A stretch of DNA of 64,000 nucleotides from Chloroflexota bacterium (GTDB taxonomy: Bacteria; Chloroflexota; UBA11872; VXOZ01), in NCBI GenBank assembly GCA_965219505.1, contig OZ244775.1:3357569-3421568 (forward strand). Direction: 5' to 3'. Below are positions 41,535-50,994 of this stretch, piece by piece. The notes below the pieces were generated by a model. It worked only from the letters and a program-made list of their open reading frames with translations. It was not told where the DNA came from and searched no databases. Position numbers and translations under genes: made by a program. Each line of letters begins with the position of its first letter. The stretch's first letter is position 1.

Positions 41535-42356
41535 TCACTGGTCCAACCCTCCCAAGTTGCAAAAGGACAGGGGCAAACGCTGTGTCGAACCGTCCAAAAA
41601 GCGAGCTACCAAAGGATCGCTGCCATGCAGGTAGACCGGCCAGACTTTGTAGAAATTGCCGCCGAGCAAGGCCGCGTCGCCAGCCGCAATCTGGTAGACC
41701 AACGCTCGCCGCGGCGTATCGCTGTTATTGGGATGCGTGTAATGCAGCAGATTCCCGTGGTGAATGGTCATGCTGCCGGCAGGGCCTTCCAGGTCGTAGA
41801 GGTTGCAGTTTGCAACGTCGGGGGCGTAATCGTCGGCGTTGGTGCAGCGCCCCACAAAAGCGCCGTCTGCGTCGTGGTGATTCAGCGGGCCGCGCTTGTG
41901 GCTGCCGGGGATAGCCTGCAACGCGCCGTTCTGCACCGTTGTGTCGTCGAGCAAGAATGTCACCGCCAGCAGGTCGTAGTTGGTTAGCGGCAGAAAAGGG
42001 TAGTCCTGATGCCAGTCCACTGCGCCTTCACCTTTCGCGATAGGCTTCCAATGGACGCGCGCCTGGAGCAGATGCAAGTTCTCGCCGATAAGCTGCACGG
42101 ACGCTCCCAGGAGCGCGGGATGGTGCGCGGCCTCCATGAACGCTTCCTGTAGGAAAATAACGTCGTGTATGGCTACGGTGCGCTCCGCGCCGCCGCGACG
42201 AAGACGCTCCTCGTCCAGCGCATCGGCGGCTGCCCGCAACCCTGCGAGCTCCTGCGCCGTCAGCACGTCGGGGAGCACCAGATAGCCGTTTTCATGGTAG
42301 GACGCCGCCTGCTCGTCGCTCAGGACTGGTTGGGCAGCAGCAGCCCAGTCTGCCAT
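41535..42356 (-). CDS. Phytanoyl-CoA dioxygenase (PhyH) family protein
   Basis: ENGYL, WHQD, NGAL-IPGSH, H-N-S-R. Confidence 0.9.
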   Translation of the reverse strand: MADWAAAAQPVLSDEQAASYHENGYLVLPDVLTAQELAGLRAAADALDEERLRRGGAERTVAIHDVIFLQEAFMEAAHHPALLGASVQLIGENLHLLQARVHWKPIAKGEGAVDWHQDYPFLPLTNYDLLAVTFLLDDTTVQNGALQAIPGSHKRGPLNHHDADGAFVGRCTNADDYAPDVANCNLYDLEGPAGSMTIHHGNLLHYTHPNNSDTPRRALVYQIAAGDAALLGGNFYKVWPVYLHGSDPLVARFLDGSTQRLPLSFCNLGGLDQ

Positions 42357-42479
42357 AGCACCATCCTCCTTCTCGTGTACTATTGCTGGGGTCAATGCAT
42401 TTGTCAAGCCTGCTCGTTGCGGTGCCTGGAAGTAGCTTTGGTATACTGAGAGAAAGACACGGCAGTGGAGGACAGCGCG

Positions 42480-43265
42480 ATGGCAGAGACGGTATCGATA
42501 ACACTGCGGCTCTTTGCGGTCTTTCGCGAAGCCCTGGGCAGTAGCACGCTCGAGCAAAAGGTGCCCGTCGGCACGACGGTAGGTCAGGTGCTTGCCCGGC
42601 TTATTGACGAGTACCCGGCGTTGGTGGGTGCGGAAGCCGCAGTCTCCTTTTCCGTCAACCGCTCGTATGCATCAGCAGATACGGTGCTTCACGCCGGCGA
42701 CGAGGTAGCTTTCATTCCGCCGGTAAGCGGTGGCGGGCCTTCTCTCTATCTTAGGAGCAACTACGCGATGCCTACGGCAAAGTCTATAGCAAAGACGACA
42801 ACGGAGAAAGTCGAGACCGGTCACTTCCGCATCCTTGAGCGCCTGATTACGGCTGACGAACTCATCCCCCACGTGCTAACCGACGCCTACGGCGCCGTGG
42901 CGACGTTCTCCGGCACGGTGCGCAACCATGCGCGCGGCAAGCACGTCACCGGCCTCACCTACGAGGCCTACCCGGAGATGGCAGAGGCCGAGATGCGCAA
43001 GATCGCTGTGGAGGTCTACGCGCAGTGGCCGGAATGTCAGGTGGCCATGCTGCATCGCATCGGCAAGCTTGAGATCGGTGACGTCTCAGTGGCGATTGCG
43101 GTGGCAACCCCCCACCGCAAGGAGTCGTTCGAGGCCTGTGAGTTTGCCATCAACCGGCTCAAGGAGACCGTACCCATCTGGAAAAAAGAAGCCTACGCCG
43201 ACGGCGAGGTGTGGGTGGAAGGAGTCTCGCCAAGCGCCGACGGCGCCAGCGGCGATTCCGGCTAG
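42480..43265 (+). CDS. moaE: Fused molybdopterin synthase MoaD-MoaE
   Basis: MoaD LFAVFRE...GDEVAFIPPVSGG in frame with MoaE GAVATFSG-VRN, YEAY, HRIG, HR, PIWKKE. Confidence 0.92.
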   Translation: MAETVSITLRLFAVFREALGSSTLEQKVPVGTTVGQVLARLIDEYPALVGAEAAVSFSVNRSYASADTVLHAGDEVAFIPPVSGGGPSLYLRSNYAMPTAKSIAKTTTEKVETGHFRILERLITADELIPHVLTDAYGAVATFSGTVRNHARGKHVTGLTYEAYPEMAEAEMRKIAVEVYAQWPECQVAMLHRIGKLEIGDVSVAIAVATPHRKESFEACEFAINRLKETVPIWKKEAYADGEVWVEGVSPSADGASGDSG

Positions 43266-43360
43266 ACCCGCGCACGCCAAGCCGACACTGCGCAGAGGCG
43301 GCTTCTGCGCACTGCTTTCGCCACACTCGGCCGTTGCCAAATACGTCCTGCTCGTTGCAG

Positions 43361-44296
43361 CTATGAACCAGCCATGCTCCGCTCCCGCATCGGGATCATG
43401 TTTTCCTTCTGCGGCGCGATCTCTGCATAGGCACGGGCGTAGACATCGGCGCGATGCTGGCGCAGGATTGTCCGGCGGTGGTCGTACTTCGTGCACCAAC
43501 TCGTCCAGCGTTCTTCATCCAAGTCGAGCGTAGCGGTCGCGTGACCGTCGCGGTGGCCGGTCTCAGCTAGGGTAAAACCGTTAAAGTCATAGATTGTAGC
43601 GTGACTCTGGCGGTACTGCCACCCGAGCGGTTTATCCTGGAGAAAGGAAGACGTGACCAGATAACAGGAAGCATCGTGCGCGCGCGTGCGCAGCATCTCC
43701 GAGCGAATGGTCTCGGTCGGTCCTGCGGCTTGCGTAGGATGCAGGAGCACGTCCGTGCCCTGCAGGCCGTAGATCTGGCAGATCTCCGGAAATGCCTGGT
43801 CGTTGCAAATAAAGACGCCGTAGCGCACGCCGTCCACCTCGATGGGCTCGATTTCGTTCCCGGGGGTGATTCCCTTTGCTTCGTACTCGTTTTCGGTGGG
43901 TTGCACCTTCCGGTAGCGTCCCAGGATTTCGCCCTGCCTGCCGTAGAAGGTCGCTTGGTTGTACAGGGCTGCGCCGTCTCCGGTCAGGTTGTTTGAGACC
44001 ACAGTGACGTTATGGCGGGCGGCAAACTCCAGAAATCGCTCCGCTATCGAACCGTTTTCCGTCATGGCGAGTTCAAGCGCTGCGGCGAAGCGCGCCTCCG
44101 GGTCGCTCCGCTGCTGAATGTGCCGCCACTCCATGCACCCCATGGTCTCGAACATCTCCGGCAGGAGGATCACGTCGGGTTCGTCTTCCAGCGCCGCTTC
44201 CAAGTATCTAAACGCCTGATCGTAGCGAGCGGCCTGGGTTGCCACTTCGCTGCCGAGCAGAAAGGAAATCGTGGAAATTCTCACGCGCCGCGCCAT
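43361..44296 (-). CDS. Carbon-nitrogen hydrolase (nitrilase superfamily)
   Basis: LLPE, YRK, ICND-FPE triad. Confidence 0.88.
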   Translation of the reverse strand: MARRVRISTISFLLGSEVATQAARYDQAFRYLEAALEDEPDVILLPEMFETMGCMEWRHIQQRSDPEARFAAALELAMTENGSIAERFLEFAARHNVTVVSNNLTGDGAALYNQATFYGRQGEILGRYRKVQPTENEYEAKGITPGNEIEPIEVDGVRYGVFICNDQAFPEICQIYGLQGTDVLLHPTQAAGPTETIRSEMLRTRAHDASCYLVTSSFLQDKPLGWQYRQSHATIYDFNGFTLAETGHRDGHATATLDLDEERWTSWCTKYDHRRTILRQHRADVYARAYAEIAPQKENMIPMRERSMAGS

Positions 44297-44441
44297 GGCT
44301 GCCTCACTTTCTCAAGTTGACGGACTCTATCGTTTGCCAATGCTCTTGACGTCGCGTCTTTCCCTAGAGAGAACTTTGCATGACCCACGCCGGAATCGCA
44401 AGAGTAACTCCTTCCCCGTAGACTTACCCCCTCTCCCTGGG

Positions 44442-44620
44442 AGAGGCTGTCTCATAAGTCGACTCGATAAGCAAAATCGTGCTTCGACACGGGCTTCGCG
44501 CAGCGCTCAGCACGAACGGGATTTGCCTTTTCCGTTCGCCCCCCTATCGAGTACGGGGCAGGCTCTGAGCCTGTCGAAGGGCAAGTCTACACTGAGCAAT
44601 GCACTTTTGAGACAAGCATC
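44442..44620. mobile_element. MITE family C, copy 2, inserted in an R1 palindrome
   Basis: Ends AGAGGCTGTCTCATAAGT / ACTTTTGAGACAAGCATC; TGGG on both sides; R1 halves flank it. Confidence 0.75.
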
Positions 44621-44733
44621 TGGGGAGAGGGTCGGGGTGAGGGGGGAATCTTCGCCAATTCTACCCAATCCCGCCCGTTTGGCAGAGTTACCGGGAGGTC
44701 TTCATCAAGTGCAATGCGTTCCGCAACGGTCGC

Positions 44734-45528
44734 CTAGAGCACCGCTAGGTGGGCGTCCTGCAGGTCCGTGAGGAACATGTGACCCGCCGCGTGGGTTATC
44801 ATCAAGGGCGGTTTGCTTGCCAGCGCGACTGCTTGCGGGGTAACGCCGCACGCCCAGAAGACGGGCACCTCACCATCGCCCACGTCAGTTCGCGCGCCCC
44901 ACTGCGGTTCGTCGAGGTCCGTAATGCCGATTTCAAGCGGATCGCCGATGTGCACCGGGGCGCCGTGCACGCCTGGAAAGCGCGAGGTCGTCTGCACCGC
45001 GCGCACTACCTGGGTGTGGTGAATGGGGCGCATGCTGACTACCAGCGGCCCAGAAAAGGCTCCCGCAGGTGTCGTGTCGCGATTTGTCACGTACACGGGC
45101 ACGTCGTTGCCCGCCTGCAAGTGGCGCAGCGGGATACCGGCGGCGAGCATGGCGGATTCGAAACTAAAGCTGCACCCGAGCAGAAATGAGACAAAGTCGT
45201 CTTGCCAGCGATCCGTGATGTCTGTGACTTCACCCACGAGCTCGCCGTTCTCATAGATACGGTACCGGGGCAGGTCGGTGCGGATATCGGCGCCGGGAGC
45301 CGTCTCGCGCGGTTCATAGGAACCCGGCTCCATCACCTCCAACACCGGACATGGCTGGGAATTGCGCTGGCAGAAGAGCAGAAAGTCGAACGCCAGATCC
45401 TTGGGTACTATCGCGAGGTTCGCTTGCACGAATCCGGGCGCTAGGCCCTCCGTCGTGGTCTGCCAGTCACCGGCGCGTATGATCTCCCGTAAGTCGTCTG
45501 GCTGTTTCGGTAACGCTGCTCTATCCAT
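44734..45528 (-). CDS. DUF1445 putative hydro-lyase / D-glutamate cyclase family
   Basis: QANL, FCQRN-PCP, DIRTDLP-Y, GCSFSFE, VVSMRP, HGAP, FWACGVTPQ. Confidence 0.92.
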   Translation of the reverse strand: MDRAALPKQPDDLREIIRAGDWQTTTEGLAPGFVQANLAIVPKDLAFDFLLFCQRNSQPCPVLEVMEPGSYEPRETAPGADIRTDLPRYRIYENGELVGEVTDITDRWQDDFVSFLLGCSFSFESAMLAAGIPLRHLQAGNDVPVYVTNRDTTPAGAFSGPLVVSMRPIHHTQVVRAVQTTSRFPGVHGAPVHIGDPLEIGITDLDEPQWGARTDVGDGEVPVFWACGVTPQAVALASKPPLMITHAAGHMFLTDLQDAHLAVL

Positions 45529-45685
45529 GTTCTGATTCCTTATCTACCGTTTCACGCCAGGTCCTCGGCAAACATTCGTTTGCATGCTCTTAGAAGCAGT
45601 GTAGCAGAACCCGCGTGGCCGGAGGTCTTCGGAATTAGTAGAGCTAAACTTGATAGCTTCGCAGGGCTGCGTTCTGTGTCATTCC

Positions 45686-45927
45686 TGTAAGTGTTGACTA
45701 TTTCGTTGACAGAATCCTCTACCCAATTGGCGGCGTAGAGAGATCATGTCATTCCTCGCTCCGCTCGGAATCTAGGGTCCATGTAACATGTCGCCCGATA
45801 GGCTCAAGAGCTTAGATTCCTCTCTTCGCTGCGCTACGATCGGAATGACATTGGTACTAGTCATGTCTTGTGTTGCGTTCAGTTGCTCTTGTTCTGAAAT
45901 CTGTCAACGAATTACCTGACACTTACA
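45686..45927. mobile_element. MITE family A, copy 3
   Basis: TGTAAGTG...CACTTACA; flanked by TGTCATTCC / AGAATGACA. Confidence 0.82.
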
Positions 45928-46069
45928 AGAATGACAGATTGAGGAACTGCTTCAGACGTGAGTACGTTCGGTGCTTCGCATACCTGCACTATGTAAGTCC
46001 AAACCCACCAATCCCGGAGGTCTTTTCACCTATGCCCGTCAGCGCCAAGCACTCTGGTCTGCATCAAAC

Positions 46070-46717
46070 CTAGCTTGCGCTCCACTGTTGCAGCACCTCT
46101 ATCGCTCTGAGCAAAGACTCGCATTCGGCATCGGCTTCTGCGATCCTGGTTTCGCCTTCCGGCACTGCTATACATCGCATTCCCGCCGCTTTCGCGGCAC
46201 TCACACCGCGAGGGCTGTCTTCCAGCGCCACACACTCTCCCGGCTCCACTCCCAACCGTTCGGCAGCAAGGAGATAGAGCGCCGGGTGCGGCTTGCCCTC
46301 TAAGACCTCATTCCCAGTTGCTACAGCCTGGAAGTAGGAGCGTATGTTCAGTACCTCAAGCACCACGTCAATATAGACCCTGTCCCCGGAGGAGGCCGAT
46401 CCACAGCGCCATCCCTGGCCGCGCACCCACTCCAGGGCCTTCTGCAAGCCCTGTTTCGGCCCCAGGCGCTCCCGCATGAGCGCGATCAGGATCGCGTGAT
46501 AGAGATCCAGCATCTTCTCCGGCTCTTCGGCGAATCGGCCCCGCGCATGGTGCCGACGGAAGATATCGATGCTGCGCTTCCCCAAGCTCTCCGCCGCGTC
46601 GGTCGGATAGGTTGGAAAGCCGCGCCGGCGGCCGAGCTCAAGCCAGGCGGCGCGATGCAGCGGCTCGCTATCGGCCATGAGACCGTCCACGTCAAAGATG
46701 ACTCCAGCTATATTCAT
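46070..46717 (-). CDS. HAD family phosphatase
   Basis: FDVDG, SS, KPHP, EDSPRG. Confidence 0.92.
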   Translation of the reverse strand: MNIAGVIFDVDGLMADSEPLHRAAWLELGRRRGFPTYPTDAAESLGKRSIDIFRRHHARGRFAEEPEKMLDLYHAILIALMRERLGPKQGLQKALEWVRGQGWRCGSASSGDRVYIDVVLEVLNIRSYFQAVATGNEVLEGKPHPALYLLAAERLGVEPGECVALEDSPRGVSAAKAAGMRCIAVPEGETRIAEADAECESLLRAIEVLQQWSAS

Positions 46718-46724
46718 CTACAGC

Positions 46725-47843
46725 CTAGAAGTGGTCAAGGTTCCACATGTACGGATGACCTCCTGCAAACAGCGCGTCGACAGCAGCAACATCCTGCTCC
46801 CCAACGCAAGCCGGGAACTCCAAGCGCAGTTCTTCAATGCTGCGGTAGCCCATCAAGAGCTGCAATAGATTTTGCTGTGGCAAGTTGATAGTGAGCGTGC
46901 GACCGGCGCCGACTTCCATTTCCGCCCGCTCGGTATCGCAGACGAGTGCCACCTTGCCGACACAACCCTCCAAACCCGAAGTTTGAATTCGTTCTCCCAG
47001 AGTGACTCTGAGCGCCATGGCGAGGCCGGCAAGATTCACGATGCGGCCCATGCCTCCCTGATTGTGTGAATACTCGATTTCTTGGCTAAAGCCGATAGAC
47101 CGCAAAACTGCCAACATCGGCGCATCCGGCGGCATCTCAAGCTCAATCCACTCCGCTCGCTGCTCAACTGCCTTAGCTGCAAGCGCTCGGACCACACTTG
47201 ATCCGGCAGTTGCCGCCACTGTCCCTGGCGCCGCAATCTCATACGGGCGTGTTTGCCACATGGATGCCGAGCGCCATCCATGCTCACCTAATGCGTATGC
47301 GACAGGCTTCCCATTTTCTTCTGCGACCAGGATGCGACTCGGCTCTTGAAACCACTCATCCGTTGCATCACGCCAGGGCAGAAAAGCACTTTCTGAGCGC
47401 TTGGCTGCCCCGTTTCGTTCGCGTGTCTCCTCATTGTAGATAGCCAGGAGCGCTTTCTCTTCCCCTTGCCTGGCTTCGCGCACCGGCAACAACTCCCTTA
47501 ATGATTCAGCCGCTTCCGTTCTAACTCTTATGAGACTCTTCGCTGGCAGTACGGTTGCGTAGCCAATGCGATGGTAAAAGCCAGGGATACCAAACAGAAT
47601 CGAGACCAGAAACCCTTCCCGACGCATGTACTCAACGGCATCTTCCATGAGCCGCCGTCCATAGCCTTTGCCTCGGTGCGCGGGACTAGTTCTAACGCTA
47701 GCCACTCCCCCCATGCGCACCCACGTTGCTCCCAGGCGCATTTCCCGGTCCTCAATGGTTAGGCGCCCTACCTCCTCACTGTCTACAACAAGAGCTAATC
47801 TGTGGCGATCCCCTTCTTTAGTAGAACGAAGTGACGTCTCCAT
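46725..47843 (-). CDS. GNAT acetyltransferase, Eis-like
   Basis: GGVASV-TSPAHRGKGYG, FYHRIGY; Eis-like length and C-terminus. Confidence 0.85.
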   Translation of the reverse strand: METSLRSTKEGDRHRLALVVDSEEVGRLTIEDREMRLGATWVRMGGVASVRTSPAHRGKGYGRRLMEDAVEYMRREGFLVSILFGIPGFYHRIGYATVLPAKSLIRVRTEAAESLRELLPVREARQGEEKALLAIYNEETRERNGAAKRSESAFLPWRDATDEWFQEPSRILVAEENGKPVAYALGEHGWRSASMWQTRPYEIAAPGTVAATAGSSVVRALAAKAVEQRAEWIELEMPPDAPMLAVLRSIGFSQEIEYSHNQGGMGRIVNLAGLAMALRVTLGERIQTSGLEGCVGKVALVCDTERAEMEVGAGRTLTINLPQQNLLQLLMGYRSIEELRLEFPACVGEQDVAAVDALFAGGHPYMWNLDHF

Positions 47844-48039
47844 GTAAGTCCTCCAAACCTACCCCAAATCTGCAGCGGAAGCAGTCTCACCTAGAACCTC
47901 TTAGGGTAGTGCTGTCTCATGCTGGCATCCTCAACGCACACATTAGTCTCCGTACATTTACGATTGCCGCTTTGGTCTCTGGCTTGTGCGAAGCTATTCT
48001 ACCTGGCTCCGAGGGAGGTTGCTACTGAGGGTAGGCATT

Positions 48040-48430
48040 GGAGTCGGTTCTGAATAAACAGCTTTAAGAAAAGGTTAATCATCATCTTCATAAGACCTGT
48101 AGAAAGTGGGGAAAACGCGCTGAACCGACCTGCTGGAGCGCTTTGGAGAGCAGCATAAGATCTTGGAAAAAGGGTCTCAACTGCTGGGAAAAACTGACAA
48201 TCCATGAGAGAGTATTGAGTTTCTGTCGGAGGTGGGGAAAAGGTGCGTAGTTGTCCCCAAGGATTACCCTGGTGAATGGGCTGATAATCGCAACCAAAGC
48301 CGTGATTATGGGTGGCTCACGGCGAAAACGGTCAAGTTGTCTGAAGGGTCGATTTTCCGCTCTAGACCTAGGATATCCCCATTTCGGGTAATTTATCCAC
48401 GGGAAAAGTGCGAGTTATCCACAAGAGGGC
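48040..48430. other. Candidate chromosomal replication origin (oriC)
   Basis: Perfect DnaA box TTATCCACA 48415-48423, TTATCCACG 48393-48401, degenerate boxes 48098-48115, 48233-48241, 48251-48259; adjacent trinucleotide run and AT-rich tract. Confidence 0.6.
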
Positions 48431-48500
48431 GATTTTGGGTGCTCACCGGTGAAGGACACAGGATTATGTAGAGACAGCTAGTCCCTAGTGGCCGTAATGC

Positions 48501-50513
48501 CTAGCGATGTGCGGAATCTGCAGTGGGGATTGCGGGCTTTTGTAGTGATTCAAGCTGCTGATATTTTTTTATATACGCATTGACGGTCATTACGACGGTA
48601 GCGTGGCTCCAGGTAAGCGGGGACACGCTTAGGGGCGCGTTGGTAAAGGGATGCACCTGTTCGGCTAAGCAGCCGCTCTCGAGACGGTGTTGCTCTACCC
48701 AAAGCAGGATTTCCTTCGCTGGTTGCAGGTCCTCAAGAGAGGTTGCTTTGGCAATGTACCATTCCGCCAGCCACAGGGTACAGATAAACCATGGGTTCCC
48801 GGGAACGACGGCAATATTGTTACTTATTTGATGGTAGTAGTCGTCCTCGTAGCGCGCGATGCCCCCAACATCCGTCTTGACCCACAAGCGCTCCCGCACC
48901 GTCTCCATCATCTTAACCACCAGTGGATCATCAGGCTCCAGCATACCGAAATACCAGAGGGCATAGGTCGCGCTGTCGATAGTGGTGTCGTGGTGGACGG
49001 TACCGTCGGGCAGAGGCGTGACCATGCGGGAGAAGAGGCCGGTGTCGGGGTTTATCATGTGCGTGAGAGCTGCTTGTTTGAGCTCTTCCGCCGTGCGGCG
49101 GTAGCTCTCCGTATAGGTGCTCTCGCCAAATGCTTCGGTGAAGTTCGCGGCTGCTCGGAGGCCGGCGTAGACGGTGGCAACCGTATGCGCGTGAACACCG
49201 CGGCGTTCTTCCCACAAGTCATACGACGGTACCGGCAACCCGGTGGTAAGGTCGCGGTAGAGGCTCATGAACTGAGCGGCAGGCTTGATGAATGACGCGT
49301 AGAACGGCTTTATGAACTCTACGTCCCAATACTTTTCAAAGTGCTGCCACAGGGCCCAGAGTACCAGGGCTGTCTCGTCCTCTTGGATCGGGTGTTGGCG
49401 GGAGCCGTCCGGCGCCGCCCAGGGATGCCAGGAAGAACCAACTGAACCATCCGGATTGTACTTGTGCATCATGTAGCCCTGGGGGGTGATGGTGCGCAAG
49501 CAGAAGCTAAAGAAGCGGCGCGAAATCTCACCGTAACCGGCGCGGCTTAGCGCGTACGCCACCAGCGCGCCGTCGCGCGGCCACATGTAGGAATACGTGT
49601 CGCGTCCGAACTGGGCAATGTCGTTGTCATTTGCCGCGAGAATCGCGCCTTCATGGTCGGTCTGGGTCTGGATCGTGAGGAGACTCCGATTGAAGAGGGC
49701 GCCGATTTCAGCCGGTAGGTCAGCTAAGGTAAAACCCTCTTTCCGCACCCAATGCCGCCAGTATTCCTGCGTGCGATAGAGCACCGCCGCAGGCCCCACC
49801 TGGCGGATGTGCCGCTCGATGGCTTCCACATCCATGGCATCAGACCCGACAGCCATCCAGTAGTACACGGTAGCGGATTCGCGTGCGGGAATCGTAATGC
49901 TGATTGAGCCGGTACTGTCCACAGAGCCTTGAGCGATGGGGTTTCCTTCCAGGCGGCCGTCCTCGGCATCGCGCCAGGTGCCTTCCAGTCCGCCAACGTT
50001 CTTGGTGCCAGTCGCGTATGAATCCAAGCCGATGTCGGTCCCATTCATCACGTTCATCCAGAAGAAGGTCTTGCCCTTGTAATGAATGAGCGCACGGTGG
50101 CGTGGATCGTAATACGCAGTGTCCCCAATGCTGATACCGCCGAGAGAGAAGTTATGGTGGAAGAAGAGGCGCACCTCTCGCTCGGAGTCCGCCTGGTTTT
50201 CTACGGCTATACGACGCACGAAGACATTCTGGCTATAGTCAACGGCATCGTTGAAGTTCAGCCGCAGGCGGAGGCGATCGTTTTGCGCCGTGACGTCGGT
50301 GACTAACGTGTCTTCCTTGTAACGCAGCGACTTTTGCCAAGACCGGTCGTGAATCCAGGCGAAGAGTCCGTCCACCCAGACACCGAATTGGAATGGGTGG
50401 CCCTGTGCATGGTCCTCTTGTCCGACGTGAGGGTAGTACACGTCACGGATACGATAATCGCTGTCGAAGCAGACGAGCAGACTACCGTTCCCCACTGGTA
50501 AGTCACGTGGCAT
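48501..50513 (-). CDS. Glycoside hydrolase family 15 (glucoamylase-like)
   Basis: YSYMWPRDG, QEDET, DLWEE, GGIARYE-D-Y, GNPW, LAEQ, PLTWSHA. Confidence 0.92.
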   Translation of the reverse strand: MPRDLPVGNGSLLVCFDSDYRIRDVYYPHVGQEDHAQGHPFQFGVWVDGLFAWIHDRSWQKSLRYKEDTLVTDVTAQNDRLRLRLNFNDAVDYSQNVFVRRIAVENQADSEREVRLFFHHNFSLGGISIGDTAYYDPRHRALIHYKGKTFFWMNVMNGTDIGLDSYATGTKNVGGLEGTWRDAEDGRLEGNPIAQGSVDSTGSISITIPARESATVYYWMAVGSDAMDVEAIERHIRQVGPAAVLYRTQEYWRHWVRKEGFTLADLPAEIGALFNRSLLTIQTQTDHEGAILAANDNDIAQFGRDTYSYMWPRDGALVAYALSRAGYGEISRRFFSFCLRTITPQGYMMHKYNPDGSVGSSWHPWAAPDGSRQHPIQEDETALVLWALWQHFEKYWDVEFIKPFYASFIKPAAQFMSLYRDLTTGLPVPSYDLWEERRGVHAHTVATVYAGLRAAANFTEAFGESTYTESYRRTAEELKQAALTHMINPDTGLFSRMVTPLPDGTVHHDTTIDSATYALWYFGMLEPDDPLVVKMMETVRERLWVKTDVGGIARYEDDYYHQISNNIAVVPGNPWFICTLWLAEWYIAKATSLEDLQPAKEILLWVEQHRLESGCLAEQVHPFTNAPLSVSPLTWSHATVVMTVNAYIKKYQQLESLQKPAIPTADSAHR

Positions 50514-50994
50514 TGCTAACCGCCCTAACACCGGATGGTGGCGTGATGGCAATGTATCAAAGGATTCGCATTCATGCCCGCGCGCGCCATCGTAAACGCG
50601 CCGACAAACTCCGCCGGGCGAATGCGCCTGCGCCGGCAGTGAGTCTATGCAATTTGGCTACTGCTCTTCTGGCCGGGGTGTCCCCAGCCCAACGACTCCC
50701 ATTGTACAGACCAATGCGCCATACGCAACCTGGGCTCATCTCCAAGCGACCTGCAGCCGAAATACCCCTTGCGCCGTGCTATCATGGGATTGTGTTGCGT
50801 CTCGCTGGGGTGCATAGGGGTAGCGCGAGATGAGGCGGGACGCAAGGACGACGGCGACCCTCTCCTTGCTCGTGATCTCGTCTTATCGGCAGCCGGTAGG
50901 TGCCTCGGCAAGCGGGATAAGGAATGCTGGAAGCGTTGGCTCCGCAGCCTACAAGCGGGATGCGGTCTGGGACGAAAGTACACGAATAGAGAAG

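Noticed and set aside
47831-48471. Short ORFs in the GNAT-GH15 intergenic region
   Set aside because: No motifs or RBS; region better explained as DnaA-box cluster.
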